NCBI GenBank assembly: GCA_963836205.1
Contig: CAWIIV010000008.1
Coordinates: forward strand, 160,001 to 224,000
Direction: 5' to 3'
DNA length: 64,000 bases
Source of the DNA: an uncultured Acidimicrobiia bacterium
Lineage (GTDB): Bacteria > Actinomycetota > Acidimicrobiia > Acidimicrobiales > AC-14
Shown here piece by piece: positions 19,751 to 28,473 of this stretch. The notes under the pieces were generated by a model. It did no database searches. It worked only from the letters and a program-made list of their open reading frames with translations, and was not told where the DNA came from. The first letter of the stretch is position 1. Each line of letters opens with the position of its first letter. Made by a program: the position numbers and the translations under genes.

Positions 19751-20308
19751 TTGGCTGCCATCGACGTGGCCGGATACGTAGCGGAGCTCAAGGACCACGC
19801 CGTCGACCACGGCTTCCATGTCCACGACGAGCGCCACTTCGTGGAGACGTACTCCCTGCGCCAGGTGTGGGAGGTCGACCTCCACCCGGAGGAGGGCTGC
19901 GGTGGCCCCCTCGACCTCCACCTTGCGCTGGAAGTGGAGCCGCGGGTGCTCCTCGCCTTCGAGGACGTGGTGTCGAACCTGCCCGACGACGAGGACCCGG
20001 CCGACGACTTCCAGTTCCCCCTCATCTTCACGTGGGCCCTGCCGCCGCTGCCCAAGGGCCCCGACCTGCTCCTGTTGGCCACCGAGTTGGCCGGCGTGGG
20101 CGGGCCCGACCTGCCCCTCGAGGTGTCGGCCATCGACTCGTTCGCCTCGGTCACCGACGCCCCCGAGCGCAGCCTCACCATCGTCGCCCGCCAGCAGGTG
20201 TCGCTGGCCAAGGTCCTGGCCGGCGAGGAGCTGCTGTGCGACATGCTCGACCGCTGCCTGGCCGTCAGCCGCTTCCTGCTCGACCAGGCGCCGGCGTGGG
20301 GCGTCTGA
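19751..20308 (+). CDS. Conserved-looking hypothetical protein (acidic, ~185 aa)
   Basis: TTG start after strong RBS GGAGGAGG; typical high-GC3 codon usage. Confidence 0.75.
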   Translation: MAAIDVAGYVAELKDHAVDHGFHVHDERHFVETYSLRQVWEVDLHPEEGCGGPLDLHLALEVEPRVLLAFEDVVSNLPDDEDPADDFQFPLIFTWALPPLPKGPDLLLLATELAGVGGPDLPLEVSAIDSFASVTDAPERSLTIVARQQVSLAKVLAGEELLCDMLDRCLAVSRFLLDQAPAWGV

Positions 20309-20318
20309 CGCAAAACCC

Positions 20319-20347
20319 TTGACAGAAGGGGAGCCCGGGCTTATATT
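20319..20347 (+). promoter_or_regulatory. Near-consensus sigma-70/SigA promoter TTGACA-N17-TATATT
   Basis: TTGACA at 20319-20324, TATATT at 20342-20347. Confidence 0.8.
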
Positions 20348-20355
20348 TGTCTTCC

Positions 20356-20437
20356 GGAGTCCCAAGGGGGCACCCGAAGCGGAAGGACCCTCGGGTCCAG
20401 AAGCGGAGGAAACTTCCTTGGGGCTCCTCTTTTTTTT
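20356..20437 (+). ncRNA. Candidate structured small RNA (~82 nt) ending in a U8 tract
   Basis: 5'/3' ends pair over 15 bp (GGAGTCCCAAGGGGG / CTTCCTTGGGGCTCC), 14x14 internal loop, apical hairpin GGACC-CTCG-GGTCC, then T8. Confidence 0.6.
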
Positions 20438-20456
20438 GCCCTATTGTCGGGTTCTG

Positions 20457-20539
20457 GCCCGGATGGCGGAACGGTAGACGCGATGGTCTCAAACACCATT
20501 GTCCGAAAGGGCGTGCGGGTTCGAGTCCCGCTCCGGGCA
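20457..20539 (+). tRNA. tRNA-Leu (anticodon CAA)
   Basis: GCCCGGA acceptor, ATGGT-CTCAAAC-ACCAT anticodon arm, long variable arm, GGTTCGAGTCC T-arm. Confidence 0.96.
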
Positions 20540-20665
20540 CGGCCGTTCGGCGGCATACACGCTGGCAGCGTCCTCTAGGGCCTCTGCGTGAGATGCATTG
20601 AGGTGTCCTTCGTGGTCACGAGTTGGTCACAGATCGCCGGACGGGGGTTCGGCAGCGTCCTGCGG

Positions 20666-20713
20666 GTCGACGGCAATGTGTGAGTCGACGGCAATGTGAG
20701 TCGACGGCAATGT
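20666..20713. repeat. Three direct repeats of GTCGACGGCAATGT
   Basis: Copies at 20666, 20684 and 20700. Confidence 0.85.
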
Positions 20714-20724
20714 CGTGCAGCAAA

Positions 20725-20890
20725 GTCTTGAGGTGATCTCCCGCCAGGACCGGCCCGCAAGAATTGAGATGCCGGGTGTAGCAGTCGACCGTGGAAGGTG
20801 CCCGCCCCGAGGTGGACAGCCCGGCCGTCCAGCCGTCAAGGTAGGCGGCCGGGGTGAGGCGGCTCGGGTCGACATAGGTCTGGTCCCGCG
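20725..20890 (-). pseudogene. Remnant of a tyrosine integrase N-terminal/core-binding region
   Basis: Peptide TYVDPSRLTPAAYLDGWTAGL...RAPSTVDCYTRHL resembles the actinobacterial integrase pattern GTYVxPSxLTVxxYLxxW...PSTxxxY; no catalytic domain present. Confidence 0.6.
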
Positions 20891-20944
20891 CGCTGATCCT
20901 GAGGCGGATCCGAGTAGAAGGAGGCGGCCGATGGATCTCGTCCT

Positions 20945-21214
20945 CTACAGGACGAGATCCAGGTACGACGGGCGGTCGATCCGGCACTCGACCATGTCGT
21001 AGACCTGCCTTCTGGTAACGCCGAGTTGCCGACCGATCGCAGAGACCAGCGAGTCGTCGATGTCGCGGGCGCCGCGGGACACCTGGGTATGTGCCACCCA
21101 CACACCGTCGATCTCGAGCTTGTACTTGTCGTGAGGCCCGCGGCCCGACCCGTCGCAGGTGAACCCGAACTTCCCCGTCAGTGCGGTGCGCAGGGCTCGG
21201 GCGGCGAGGGGCAC
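20945..21214 (-). CDS. HicA-like mRNA interferase toxin (89 aa)
   Basis: GF...GRGPH (equivalent of the HicA GSH catalytic His), beta strands, C-terminal DIDDSLVSAIGRQLGVT. Confidence 0.7.
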   Translation of the reverse strand: MPLAARALRTALTGKFGFTCDGSGRGPHDKYKLEIDGVWVAHTQVSRGARDIDDSLVSAIGRQLGVTRRQVYDMVECRIDRPSYLDLVL

Positions 21215-21643
21215 CTATCCGAAGACGAGCCTAAGAAACGCCAGCTGACGTTGCATCCGTGGGTGCAGCCGTTCCTGGTGGAGGCGCAGCTCGTCATAGT
21301 GCTCCCGCGCTGCCTGGCGCCAGTGCTCCATCGCTTCGCCAAATGACTGGCCGACGCCGTAGGCCCCTCCCTCTGGGTCCGAAACGACGACGGTTCCCTC
21401 CTCGCCCAGCCGCACGGTCAACCGCTGGAACGCCTCAGCTGAGGAGCCGACCGCGGGAGCGCCTACGTGCACGACCAGCGTCGTTCCGCCGACCTGCGTC
21501 TGTGCCGGTGGCTCCCAAGAGTTGAGATCGTCCCATTCAAGCTCGAGGCTTGGCCTTTGGCCTGGGTCGACGTCGCTGTTCGTTGGGTCGGTTGTGCGCC
21601 CCGGTTGAGGGAAGGCGAACCGCTCCATCGTCATGTCACTCAC
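21215..21643 (-). CDS. HicB-like antitoxin with N-terminal low-complexity extension and no obvious DNA-binding domain
   Basis: VVVSDPEGGAYGVGQSFGEAMEHWRQAAREHYDEL matches the HicB beta-beta-beta-alpha pattern (GxGxT/SxxEA). Confidence 0.65.
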   Translation of the reverse strand: MSDMTMERFAFPQPGRTTDPTNSDVDPGQRPSLELEWDDLNSWEPPAQTQVGGTTLVVHVGAPAVGSSAEAFQRLTVRLGEEGTVVVSDPEGGAYGVGQSFGEAMEHWRQAAREHYDELRLHQERLHPRMQRQLAFLRLVFG

Positions 21644-21972
21644 TCGCTCATCCCTCCTGGTCCTCTCAGGTCAAGCCCTGGCGGGCCGAACTGCCTCAGA
21701 TATTCACCAAACTGCGCCTGCAACAGGCTGATCAAGGCGTGCATCAAGGTCGCCGGAACAACAACATGAGCCACGGCCTGCGGGTGGATCTCGACTACCC
21801 CCCCTTCGACATCCTCGGGTGACACCTGAAGCGGCGACAGGAAGAGGCTGAACATCAGGCGGAAGTCGTGGGGAGTGAAGTTAATGTTGGCGGCGTTCGC
21901 GTAGACCGGCCGCAGGTAGTCCGGCTCGATCGGAGGTCCGACCGAAACGTTGAGGCCTGCCTGTTCCGACAC
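21640..21972 (-). CDS. DUF3467-like protein (~110 aa)
   Basis: PVYANAANINFTPHDFRLMF and VVVPATLMHALISLLQAQFGEYLRQFG; RBS GGAGGAG before the GTG. Confidence 0.7.
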   Translation of the reverse strand: MSEQAGLNVSVGPPIEPDYLRPVYANAANINFTPHDFRLMFSLFLSPLQVSPEDVEGGVVEIHPQAVAHVVVPATLMHALISLLQAQFGEYLRQFGPPGLDLRGPGGMSE

Positions 21973-22080
21973 CGCTTCTCCTCCGCCCTGGGCGTTACAC
22001 GCTTGTGATTTGGTGCACAAATAATGGTACTAGTCATGCCGCCGGAAGGAAGGACCAGCATCCAAGCGTTCCTCTCCCTG

Positions 22081-22134
22081 GGGCCAAACACAGTGTCGGT
22101 CATGTCCGGGCCAAAGACAGTGTCGGTCATGACG
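22081..22134. repeat. Two 27-bp direct repeats GGGCCAAA(C/G)ACAGTGTCGGTCATG...
   Basis: Copies at 22081 and 22108. Confidence 0.85.
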
Positions 22135-22479
22135 AGTCCCGTCGAGCGCCCACAGGCGTCGTCGCTGGTCACACCGTGGTCACGGAATGCCCGCCACTCG
22201 ACAACACCAGACACCATGCCCGTTGTGGCGCCAACCCGAAAGGGCTGTCCAGAGCGGTCGTCTCGACCCCTGGCATCATCCGATGAACAAGGCCTGCGGG
22301 AGTTCGAGTCCCGCTCCGGGCACGGCCGTCACCCACGACGCTCAGGGTGCACGGAACGAACCGTGCGCCGAGATGGCCGTGATCCGGCCCGAGATCGCCG
22401 CCGACACGACGATTCGAGCGATCTGAAGGGCGACCGACGTTACGTGCGCCGGAATCGTCGTGGGCGGTGGGGGGCGGCG

Positions 22480-22938
<459 letters not shown>

Positions 22939-22973
22939 CGGGCGACCCTACCCGTGGCCGGGAGGGCCCCCGG

Positions 22974-23816
22974 TCAGAGGCCCAGGGGCAGGCGCCGGCC
23001 GTTGAAGGTGGTCGTGCCCAGGGCCAGCTGCACGCCGGCGAAGGCGGGGACCTTGGCCTTCAGGTAGTCGAGCTCCCGGCGGATGTCGCCGACCCCGTTG
23101 GTGACGCCACCGGGGATGGCGATGTTGAGCGTGCTCAGAACGCCCAGGGCCTTGCCGGTGGAGTCGAGGAACGCGCTCCCCGAGTCGCCCGGGATGCCCG
23201 GCGTGAGGGTGGACACGCTGTGTGTCCATCCGCCGCCGCCGTCGCCCATGCTGAACCCGAGCTTGGGGCTGAGCAGGGTGATGCCCAGGCGCAGGCTGGA
23301 GTTGCCGTAGCTGTAGACCTTCTGCAGGGTGGTCGTGCCGGCCGAGTTGACCCCGTTGGGGCCACCCCAATGGGGGATGGACGGGTTGACCTTGGCCGCG
23401 TCGGCGGGGTCGATCTTCACCAGAGCCAGGTCGTTGTACTTGCAGGTGTCGGGATCGGTCTCGTTGAGCGCCTGCATGGTGAGCCAGGAGTTGTAGACGA
23501 GCGTGCCCGGCTTCGACGCCCCTCCCACGGTGACGGCGGTGCCGAGCGGCAGGGAACCGGCGATGCACCCGTTGGTGTCGGTCTGGCCACCGGTGGTGGA
23601 GCAGTGGGCGGCCTGCCCGATGTACACCGTGGGACCGTCGTAGAAGACGAAGTTCGACGTGCACTGGCCGCCGGCAGTCGTGGTCTGCACGCCGGGATGG
23701 ATGGGCGCGGTGGCCGCCGGCGCCCACGTGGGTGCAGCCGTGGCCGTGCCGGCCGGGATCAGGGCCAGGGACGAGAGCAGGGCCGCGACCGGTACACAAC
23801 GCCGAAAGATTCGCAT
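22974..23816 (-). CDS. Secreted trypsin-like (S1) serine protease
   Basis: Signal peptide; CTSNF, AAHC, DLALVK, GDSGS catalytic motifs. Confidence 0.88.
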   Translation of the reverse strand: MRIFRRCVPVAALLSSLALIPAGTATAAPTWAPAATAPIHPGVQTTTAGGQCTSNFVFYDGPTVYIGQAAHCSTTGGQTDTNGCIAGSLPLGTAVTVGGASKPGTLVYNSWLTMQALNETDPDTCKYNDLALVKIDPADAAKVNPSIPHWGGPNGVNSAGTTTLQKVYSYGNSSLRLGITLLSPKLGFSMGDGGGGWTHSVSTLTPGIPGDSGSAFLDSTGKALGVLSTLNIAIPGGVTNGVGDIRRELDYLKAKVPAFAGVQLALGTTTFNGRRLPLGL

Positions 23817-23869
23817 CGGCTCAGGATGCCAGGGCCTCTCCGAGTTGGGGTGGCAGGGAGCAGGTATTT

Positions 23870-24691
23870 CTACGGCTGTGGATCGAGAGGCGGCGGTTCG
23901 ACGGGCGCGGGCGCGGGCGCAGCGGCCAGCGAGTGGAACCCGCCGTCGACGTGGATCATCTCGCCGGTGGTGGCCGGGAACCAGTCCGACAGGAGGGCGA
24001 CGCACGCCTTGGCCACCGGGATCGCGTCACGGGTGTCCCAGCCGAGGGGGGCTCGGCCGCCCCAGGTGTCCTCGATCTGGGCGAACCCGGTGATGCCTTT
24101 GGCCGCGATCGTGCGCAGGGGGCCGGCCGAGACGAGGTTGACCCGCACCCGGTCGCGGCCGAGGTCGCGGGCCAGGTAGCGCGACGTGGCCTCAAGAGCG
24201 GCCTTGGCCACGCCCATCCAGTCGTACGCCGGCCACGCGTAGCGGGCGTCGAAGGTGAGGCCGACGATCGACCCCCCGCCGGCCGCCCGCATCAGAGGCA
24301 GGACGGCGCCGGCCAGGGCCTTGAGGGAGTAGGCCGAGACGTGCAGGGCCGTGCTCACGTCGGCCCATTCCGGCTGCATGAAGTCGCCGCCCAGGCAGTT
24401 GGCGGGGGCGAAGGCGACCGCGTGGAGCACCCCGTCGACCCGTCCCCACCGGTTGCTGAGCTCCTCGGTGAGGAAGAGCAGATGGGCGGGGTCGGTGACG
24501 TCGACCTCGAGCACGTCGGGCTCCACCGGCAGCCGGCGGGCGGTGCGCTTGGTGAGGCTCATCCCCCGTCCGAAACCGGTGAGCACGATCTCGGCCCCCT
24601 GCTCCTGGGCCACCGCCGCCACCGCGTAGGCGATGGAGGATTCGTGCAGGACCCCCGTGACCAGCACCTTCTTGCCTTCGAGCAGCATCAA
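23870..24691 (-). CDS. fabI: Enoyl-ACP reductase (FabI/InhA)
   Basis: LLEGKKVLVTG...SIA, AWPAYDWMGVAKAALE, VSAGPLRT. Confidence 0.93.
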   Translation of the reverse strand: MMLLEGKKVLVTGVLHESSIAYAVAAVAQEQGAEIVLTGFGRGMSLTKRTARRLPVEPDVLEVDVTDPAHLLFLTEELSNRWGRVDGVLHAVAFAPANCLGGDFMQPEWADVSTALHVSAYSLKALAGAVLPLMRAAGGGSIVGLTFDARYAWPAYDWMGVAKAALEATSRYLARDLGRDRVRVNLVSAGPLRTIAAKGITGFAQIEDTWGGRAPLGWDTRDAIPVAKACVALLSDWFPATTGEMIHVDGGFHSLAAAPAPAPVEPPPLDPQP

Positions 24692-24698
24692 CCCCGCA

Positions 24699-26072
24699 TC
24701 ATAGGGGTGGGTTGGAGTGCTTCAGGCCGGCGGGGGACGGCACCCGCTTGGACCGCAGGGCGGCCAGGCCGGCGACGAGGAGGCGGCGGGTGTCGGTGGG
24801 GTCGATGACCTCGTCGACGAAGCCCCGCTCGGCCGCCACCTGCGGCGTGCAGAACCGGGACGCGTACTCGGCCTCCAGCTGGTTCGCGGCGCCGGCCCGG
24901 TCGGCGGGGTCGTCGAAGGCGTCGAGGCGGCGGCGGTGGAGGATCTGGACCGCGCCGGGGGCACCCATCACCGCGATCTCGGCCGTCGGCCAGGCCAGGA
25001 CCAGGTCGCTGCCCAGGCCCCGTGAGTCCATGACGATGTAGGCGCCGCCGTAGGCCTTGCGCAACACCACGCAGATGCGGGGGACCGACGCCGCCGAGTA
25101 CGCCGCCACCAGCTGGGCCCCGTAGCGGATGATGCCCTGCCACTCGATGTCCTTGCCCGGCTGGAACCCGGAGCTGTCGACGAAGGTGACGAGGGGGATC
25201 CCGAACGCGTCGCAGCACTGGACGAAGCGGGCCGCCTTCGTCGAAGCGTCGATGTCGAGGGTGCCGGCCCGGTAGCTGGGCTGGTTGGCGATCACGCCCA
25301 CGGGCGCCCCCGCCAACCGTCCGTAGCCGGTGACCACGTTGGGCGCCGCCCCCGCCCGCACTTCGAGGAACGAGTCGCGGTCGACGACGTCGCCGATCAC
25401 GGTGCGCACGTCGTAGGAGGCGGTGGCCCGATCGGGGACGGTGGTGGCCGCCACCCGGCAGGGCCGGTCGACGGGATCGTCGCAGGCCACGACGGGTGCG
25501 TCCTCCCGCCAATTCGAGGGCAGGTACGACAGCAGGTCGCCCACGGCCCACGCCGCCTCCGCCTCGTCGGCCACGACCAGGGACGCCAACCCGCTGCGGC
25601 GGGCGTGGACGTCGGCCCCGCCCAGCTCGGCGCTGGTGGTGGGAAGCCCGGTGAACTCCAGCACCGATGCCGGACCGCTCACGTAGGCGTAGGCGTCGGC
25701 GGTCATCACCACGTGGTCGGCGATGCCCAACATGAGGGCAGGACCGGCCAGGCACGGCCCGAGCACGGAGAAGACGATGGGCACCGTCCCCGACGCCTCG
25801 CTCAGGGCCCGGGCCACCCGGCCCCAGGCATGGAGGGATGCCAGTCCCTCCCGGACGTCGGCGCCCGACGTCGACAGCTCCCCCACCACCGGCACCCCAA
25901 CGTCGAGGGCCATGCGGATGAGGCGCTCGACGACCTGCCCCTCGACGGGACCGATCGCCCCCCGGTGCGGCCCCCCGGCCAACCGGAACCAGGCCACCCG
26001 GCGCCCGTCGAGCTCGGTGAGCGAGGCCTGGACGGCTCCGCCCCGGCGGGCCGCGACCGGCACCGCGGTCAT
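24699..26072 (-). CDS. Acyl-CoA carboxylase carboxyltransferase subunit (short N-terminus)
   Basis: SGADVREG, LGGADVH, ANQP, KAYGGAYIVMDS, AEIAVMGAPGAV, KHSNPPL. Confidence 0.88.
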   Translation of the reverse strand: MTAVPVAARRGGAVQASLTELDGRRVAWFRLAGGPHRGAIGPVEGQVVERLIRMALDVGVPVVGELSTSGADVREGLASLHAWGRVARALSEASGTVPIVFSVLGPCLAGPALMLGIADHVVMTADAYAYVSGPASVLEFTGLPTTSAELGGADVHARRSGLASLVVADEAEAAWAVGDLLSYLPSNWREDAPVVACDDPVDRPCRVAATTVPDRATASYDVRTVIGDVVDRDSFLEVRAGAAPNVVTGYGRLAGAPVGVIANQPSYRAGTLDIDASTKAARFVQCCDAFGIPLVTFVDSSGFQPGKDIEWQGIIRYGAQLVAAYSAASVPRICVVLRKAYGGAYIVMDSRGLGSDLVLAWPTAEIAVMGAPGAVQILHRRRLDAFDDPADRAGAANQLEAEYASRFCTPQVAAERGFVDEVIDPTDTRRLLVAGLAALRSKRVPSPAGLKHSNPPL

Positions 26073-26082
26073 TCGGCCGTGC

Positions 26083-27321
26083 TCACTCAGGGGGGGCGAG
26101 CACCAGGCTGGCGTTGTGGCCGCCGAACCCGAACGAGTTCGAGATGACGGGTGCGGCGGCGAGCTTCCGGGGCTCGCCGTGGACGACGTCGATGGCCAGC
26201 TCGTCCTCGGTGCGCTCGAAGTTGGCCGTGGGTGGGACCAGCCCGGCCCGCATGGCCAGGAACGAGGTGACCGCCTCCACCGCCCCGGCGGCGCCGATGA
26301 GGTGGCCGGTGGCGCCCTTGATCGACGTGACCGGCGGCCCGTCGTGGCCGAAGACCTTCACCATCGCCTCCGCCTCGGCCGCGTCGTTGAGCGGCGTGGA
26401 GGTGCCGTGGGCGTTGACGTGGCCGATGGCCGACGGGTCGAGACCGGCGTCGACCAGGGCCAGGCGCATGCACTCGGCCGCTCCGACTCCCCCGGGTGAG
26501 GGAGCGGTGATGTGGTAGGCGTCGGCGTTGCGGCCGTAGCCGGCGACCTCGCCGTAGATGCGGGCGCCCCGGGCCACGGCCCGGTCCCAGCGCTCGAGCA
26601 CCAGGAAGGCGGCACCCTCGCCGATGACGAAGCCGTCGCGGGCCACGTCGAAGGGTCGGGAGGCCAGCTCGGGGGCGTCGTGACGGCTGCTGAGGGCTCC
26701 CATGCGGGCGAAGGCGGCGATGGCGATGGGGGTCACCGCGGCCTCGCTGCCGCCCGCCAGCACCACGTCGGCCGAGCCCTCCCGGATCAGGCGAGCCCCC
26801 TCCCCCACCCCGTGGGAGCCGGCGGCGCAGGCGGTGGCGACGCAGAAGTTCGGCCCCGTCCAGCCCAGCTTCATGCCGATGAGGGCGGCGGTGGCGTTGG
26901 GCATCATCATGGGGACGAGCATGGGGCTGACCCGGGACGCCCCCTTGCTGAACAGGACCTGCTCCTGCGCCTCCTGGGTGATCAGCCCGCCCACGCCGGT
27001 GCCCGCCACCACGCCGCAGCGGGCGGGGTCGGCGCCCAGGTCGCCGGCGTCGGCCAGGGCGTCGGCCGCGGCTGCGAAGCCGAGCTGGGCCACCCGGTCG
27101 GACCGCTTCGCCTCCTTGTAGTCGAGGTAGGCCAGGGGGTCGAAGTCGGCCACTTCACCCGCGAACTGCACCGGCAGGCCGGAGGGATCGAAGCGGCGGA
27201 TGCGGGCCGCGCACGACTGCCCGGTGAGGAGGGTGGCCCAGAAGCTGTCGAGGTCGGAGCCGGCCGGCGACTTGACCCCCATGCCCACCACGGCCACGCG
27301 CGACCTCTCCACTCGGGTCAT
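26083..27321 (-). CDS. fabF: Beta-ketoacyl-ACP synthase II
   Basis: TACAAG, NAHGTST, KGATGH, NSFGFGGHN. Confidence 0.95.
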   Translation of the reverse strand: MTRVERSRVAVVGMGVKSPAGSDLDSFWATLLTGQSCAARIRRFDPSGLPVQFAGEVADFDPLAYLDYKEAKRSDRVAQLGFAAAADALADAGDLGADPARCGVVAGTGVGGLITQEAQEQVLFSKGASRVSPMLVPMMMPNATAALIGMKLGWTGPNFCVATACAAGSHGVGEGARLIREGSADVVLAGGSEAAVTPIAIAAFARMGALSSRHDAPELASRPFDVARDGFVIGEGAAFLVLERWDRAVARGARIYGEVAGYGRNADAYHITAPSPGGVGAAECMRLALVDAGLDPSAIGHVNAHGTSTPLNDAAEAEAMVKVFGHDGPPVTSIKGATGHLIGAAGAVEAVTSFLAMRAGLVPPTANFERTEDELAIDVVHGEPRKLAAAPVISNSFGFGGHNASLVLAPPE

Positions 27322-27662
27322 GCCGGGTTGGAGATCTCGACCGGCTCGGGGCTCTCGGCCGACACCGCGTCGGCCTCGGCAGCCGGTGCCGCGTCGTCGG
27401 CGGGCGCCGGCGTCTCGGTGGCCTCCGCGATCCCGATGACGAGGTCGATGGCCTCGCCCACGGTGGTGATGCCGTCGAGCTTGTCCTCGGGGACGGAGAT
27501 GGAGAAGCGCTCCTCCAGGGCCATCACGACCTCGACCAGGTCGAGGCTGTCGGCGTCGAGGTCCTCCTTGAACCGGGCGGTCTCGGACACGATGGCCGGG
27601 TCGGCCCCGAGCACGTCGACGGCCACCTCGGTGAGCTGCTCGAGGACTGTCGCGCGATCCAT
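27318..27662 (-). CDS. acpP: Acyl carrier protein with acidic Ala/Pro-rich tail
   Basis: DLDADSLDLVE phosphopantetheine motif; RBS AGGAGG. Confidence 0.93.
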   Translation of the reverse strand: MDRATVLEQLTEVAVDVLGADPAIVSETARFKEDLDADSLDLVEVVMALEERFSISVPEDKLDGITTVGEAIDLVIGIAEATETPAPADDAAPAAEADAVSAESPEPVEISNPA

Positions 27663-27729
27663 GTTGTGAATTCCTCCTAGGCCTTCATCGATAAGGGCGA
27701 TACATCAGCGATCCGGTACGTCGGCGATC

Positions 27730-28473
27730 TCAGTGGCCCATGCCCATGCCGCCGTCGACCGGCACGACCGCGCCCGACACGTAACTGGCGGCGTCGGAAC
27801 ACAGAAATGCGGCAACGGCGGCGACTTCCTCGGGTGTGCCGAACCTGGCCAAGGGTACCTGGCCCGTCATCTGCGCCTTGCGCTCGTCGCTGAGGGCGTC
27901 GGTCATGGCCGTGGTGATGGGCCCGGGAGCGATCAGGTTGACGGTTATCCCCCGGGAGCCGAGCTCGCGGGCGACGGAGCGGGTGAGGCCGACCAGGCCG
28001 GCCTTGGCCGCCGCGTAGTTGGCCTGCCCGGGGGAGCCGGTGAGGGCGACCACCGATCCCACCAACACGATGCGTCCCCACCGGGCCCGGACCATGCCCG
28101 GGGTGGCCCGCCGCACGACGTGGAAGGCGCCGTCGAGGTTGGTGCGCAGGACCTCCGACCACTGCTCGTCGGACATCCGCATGACGAGGCCGTCGCGGTT
28201 GATGCCGGCGTTGGACACAACCACCTCGACCTTGCCCCACGCCTCCTCCACCTGGGAGAAGGCAGCGTCGACCGAATCGGGGCGGCTCACGTCGACCTGG
28301 ATCGGAAGCGCCTCCCCGCCCAGGCTCTCGATGGCCTGGCACGTCTCCGCTCCCGCGGCGGCGTCGGCACCGAAGCAGGCCGCCACCCGGTGGCCGTCGG
28401 CCGCCAGGGCCACTGCCACCGCCCGGCCGATCCCCCGGGACGCGCCCGTCACAAGGGCGATCCGCCCCCCCAT
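27730..28473 (-). CDS. fabG: 3-oxoacyl-ACP reductase
   Basis: TGASRGIG, NAGI, GQANYAAAKAG, VDGGMG. Confidence 0.94.
   Translation of the reverse strand: MGGRIALVTGASRGIGRAVAVALAADGHRVAACFGADAAAGAETCQAIESLGGEALPIQVDVSRPDSVDAAFSQVEEAWGKVEVVVSNAGINRDGLVMRMSDEQWSEVLRTNLDGAFHVVRRATPGMVRARWGRIVLVGSVVALTGSPGQANYAAAKAGLVGLTRSVARELGSRGITVNLIAPGPITTAMTDALSDERKAQMTGQVPLARFGTPEEVAAVAAFLCSDAASYVSGAVVPVDGGMGMGH

Larger units (their letters stand above)
20519..22329. mobile_element. Degenerate genomic islet integrated at the tRNA-Leu 3' end (attL 20519-20546, attR 22302-22329)
   Basis: Exact 28-bp direct repeat GTTCGAGTCCCGCTCCGGGCACGGCCGT; visibly lower GC inside; integrase-like fragment. Confidence 0.9.

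Noticed and set aside
20356-20437. SRP (4.5S) RNA
   Set aside because: Contains GGAAGG but lacks the helix-8 CAGG-(GNRA loop)-AGCAG arrangement
22290-22329. Second tRNA gene
   Set aside because: Only the T-arm and acceptor 3' half are present; it is the attR duplication
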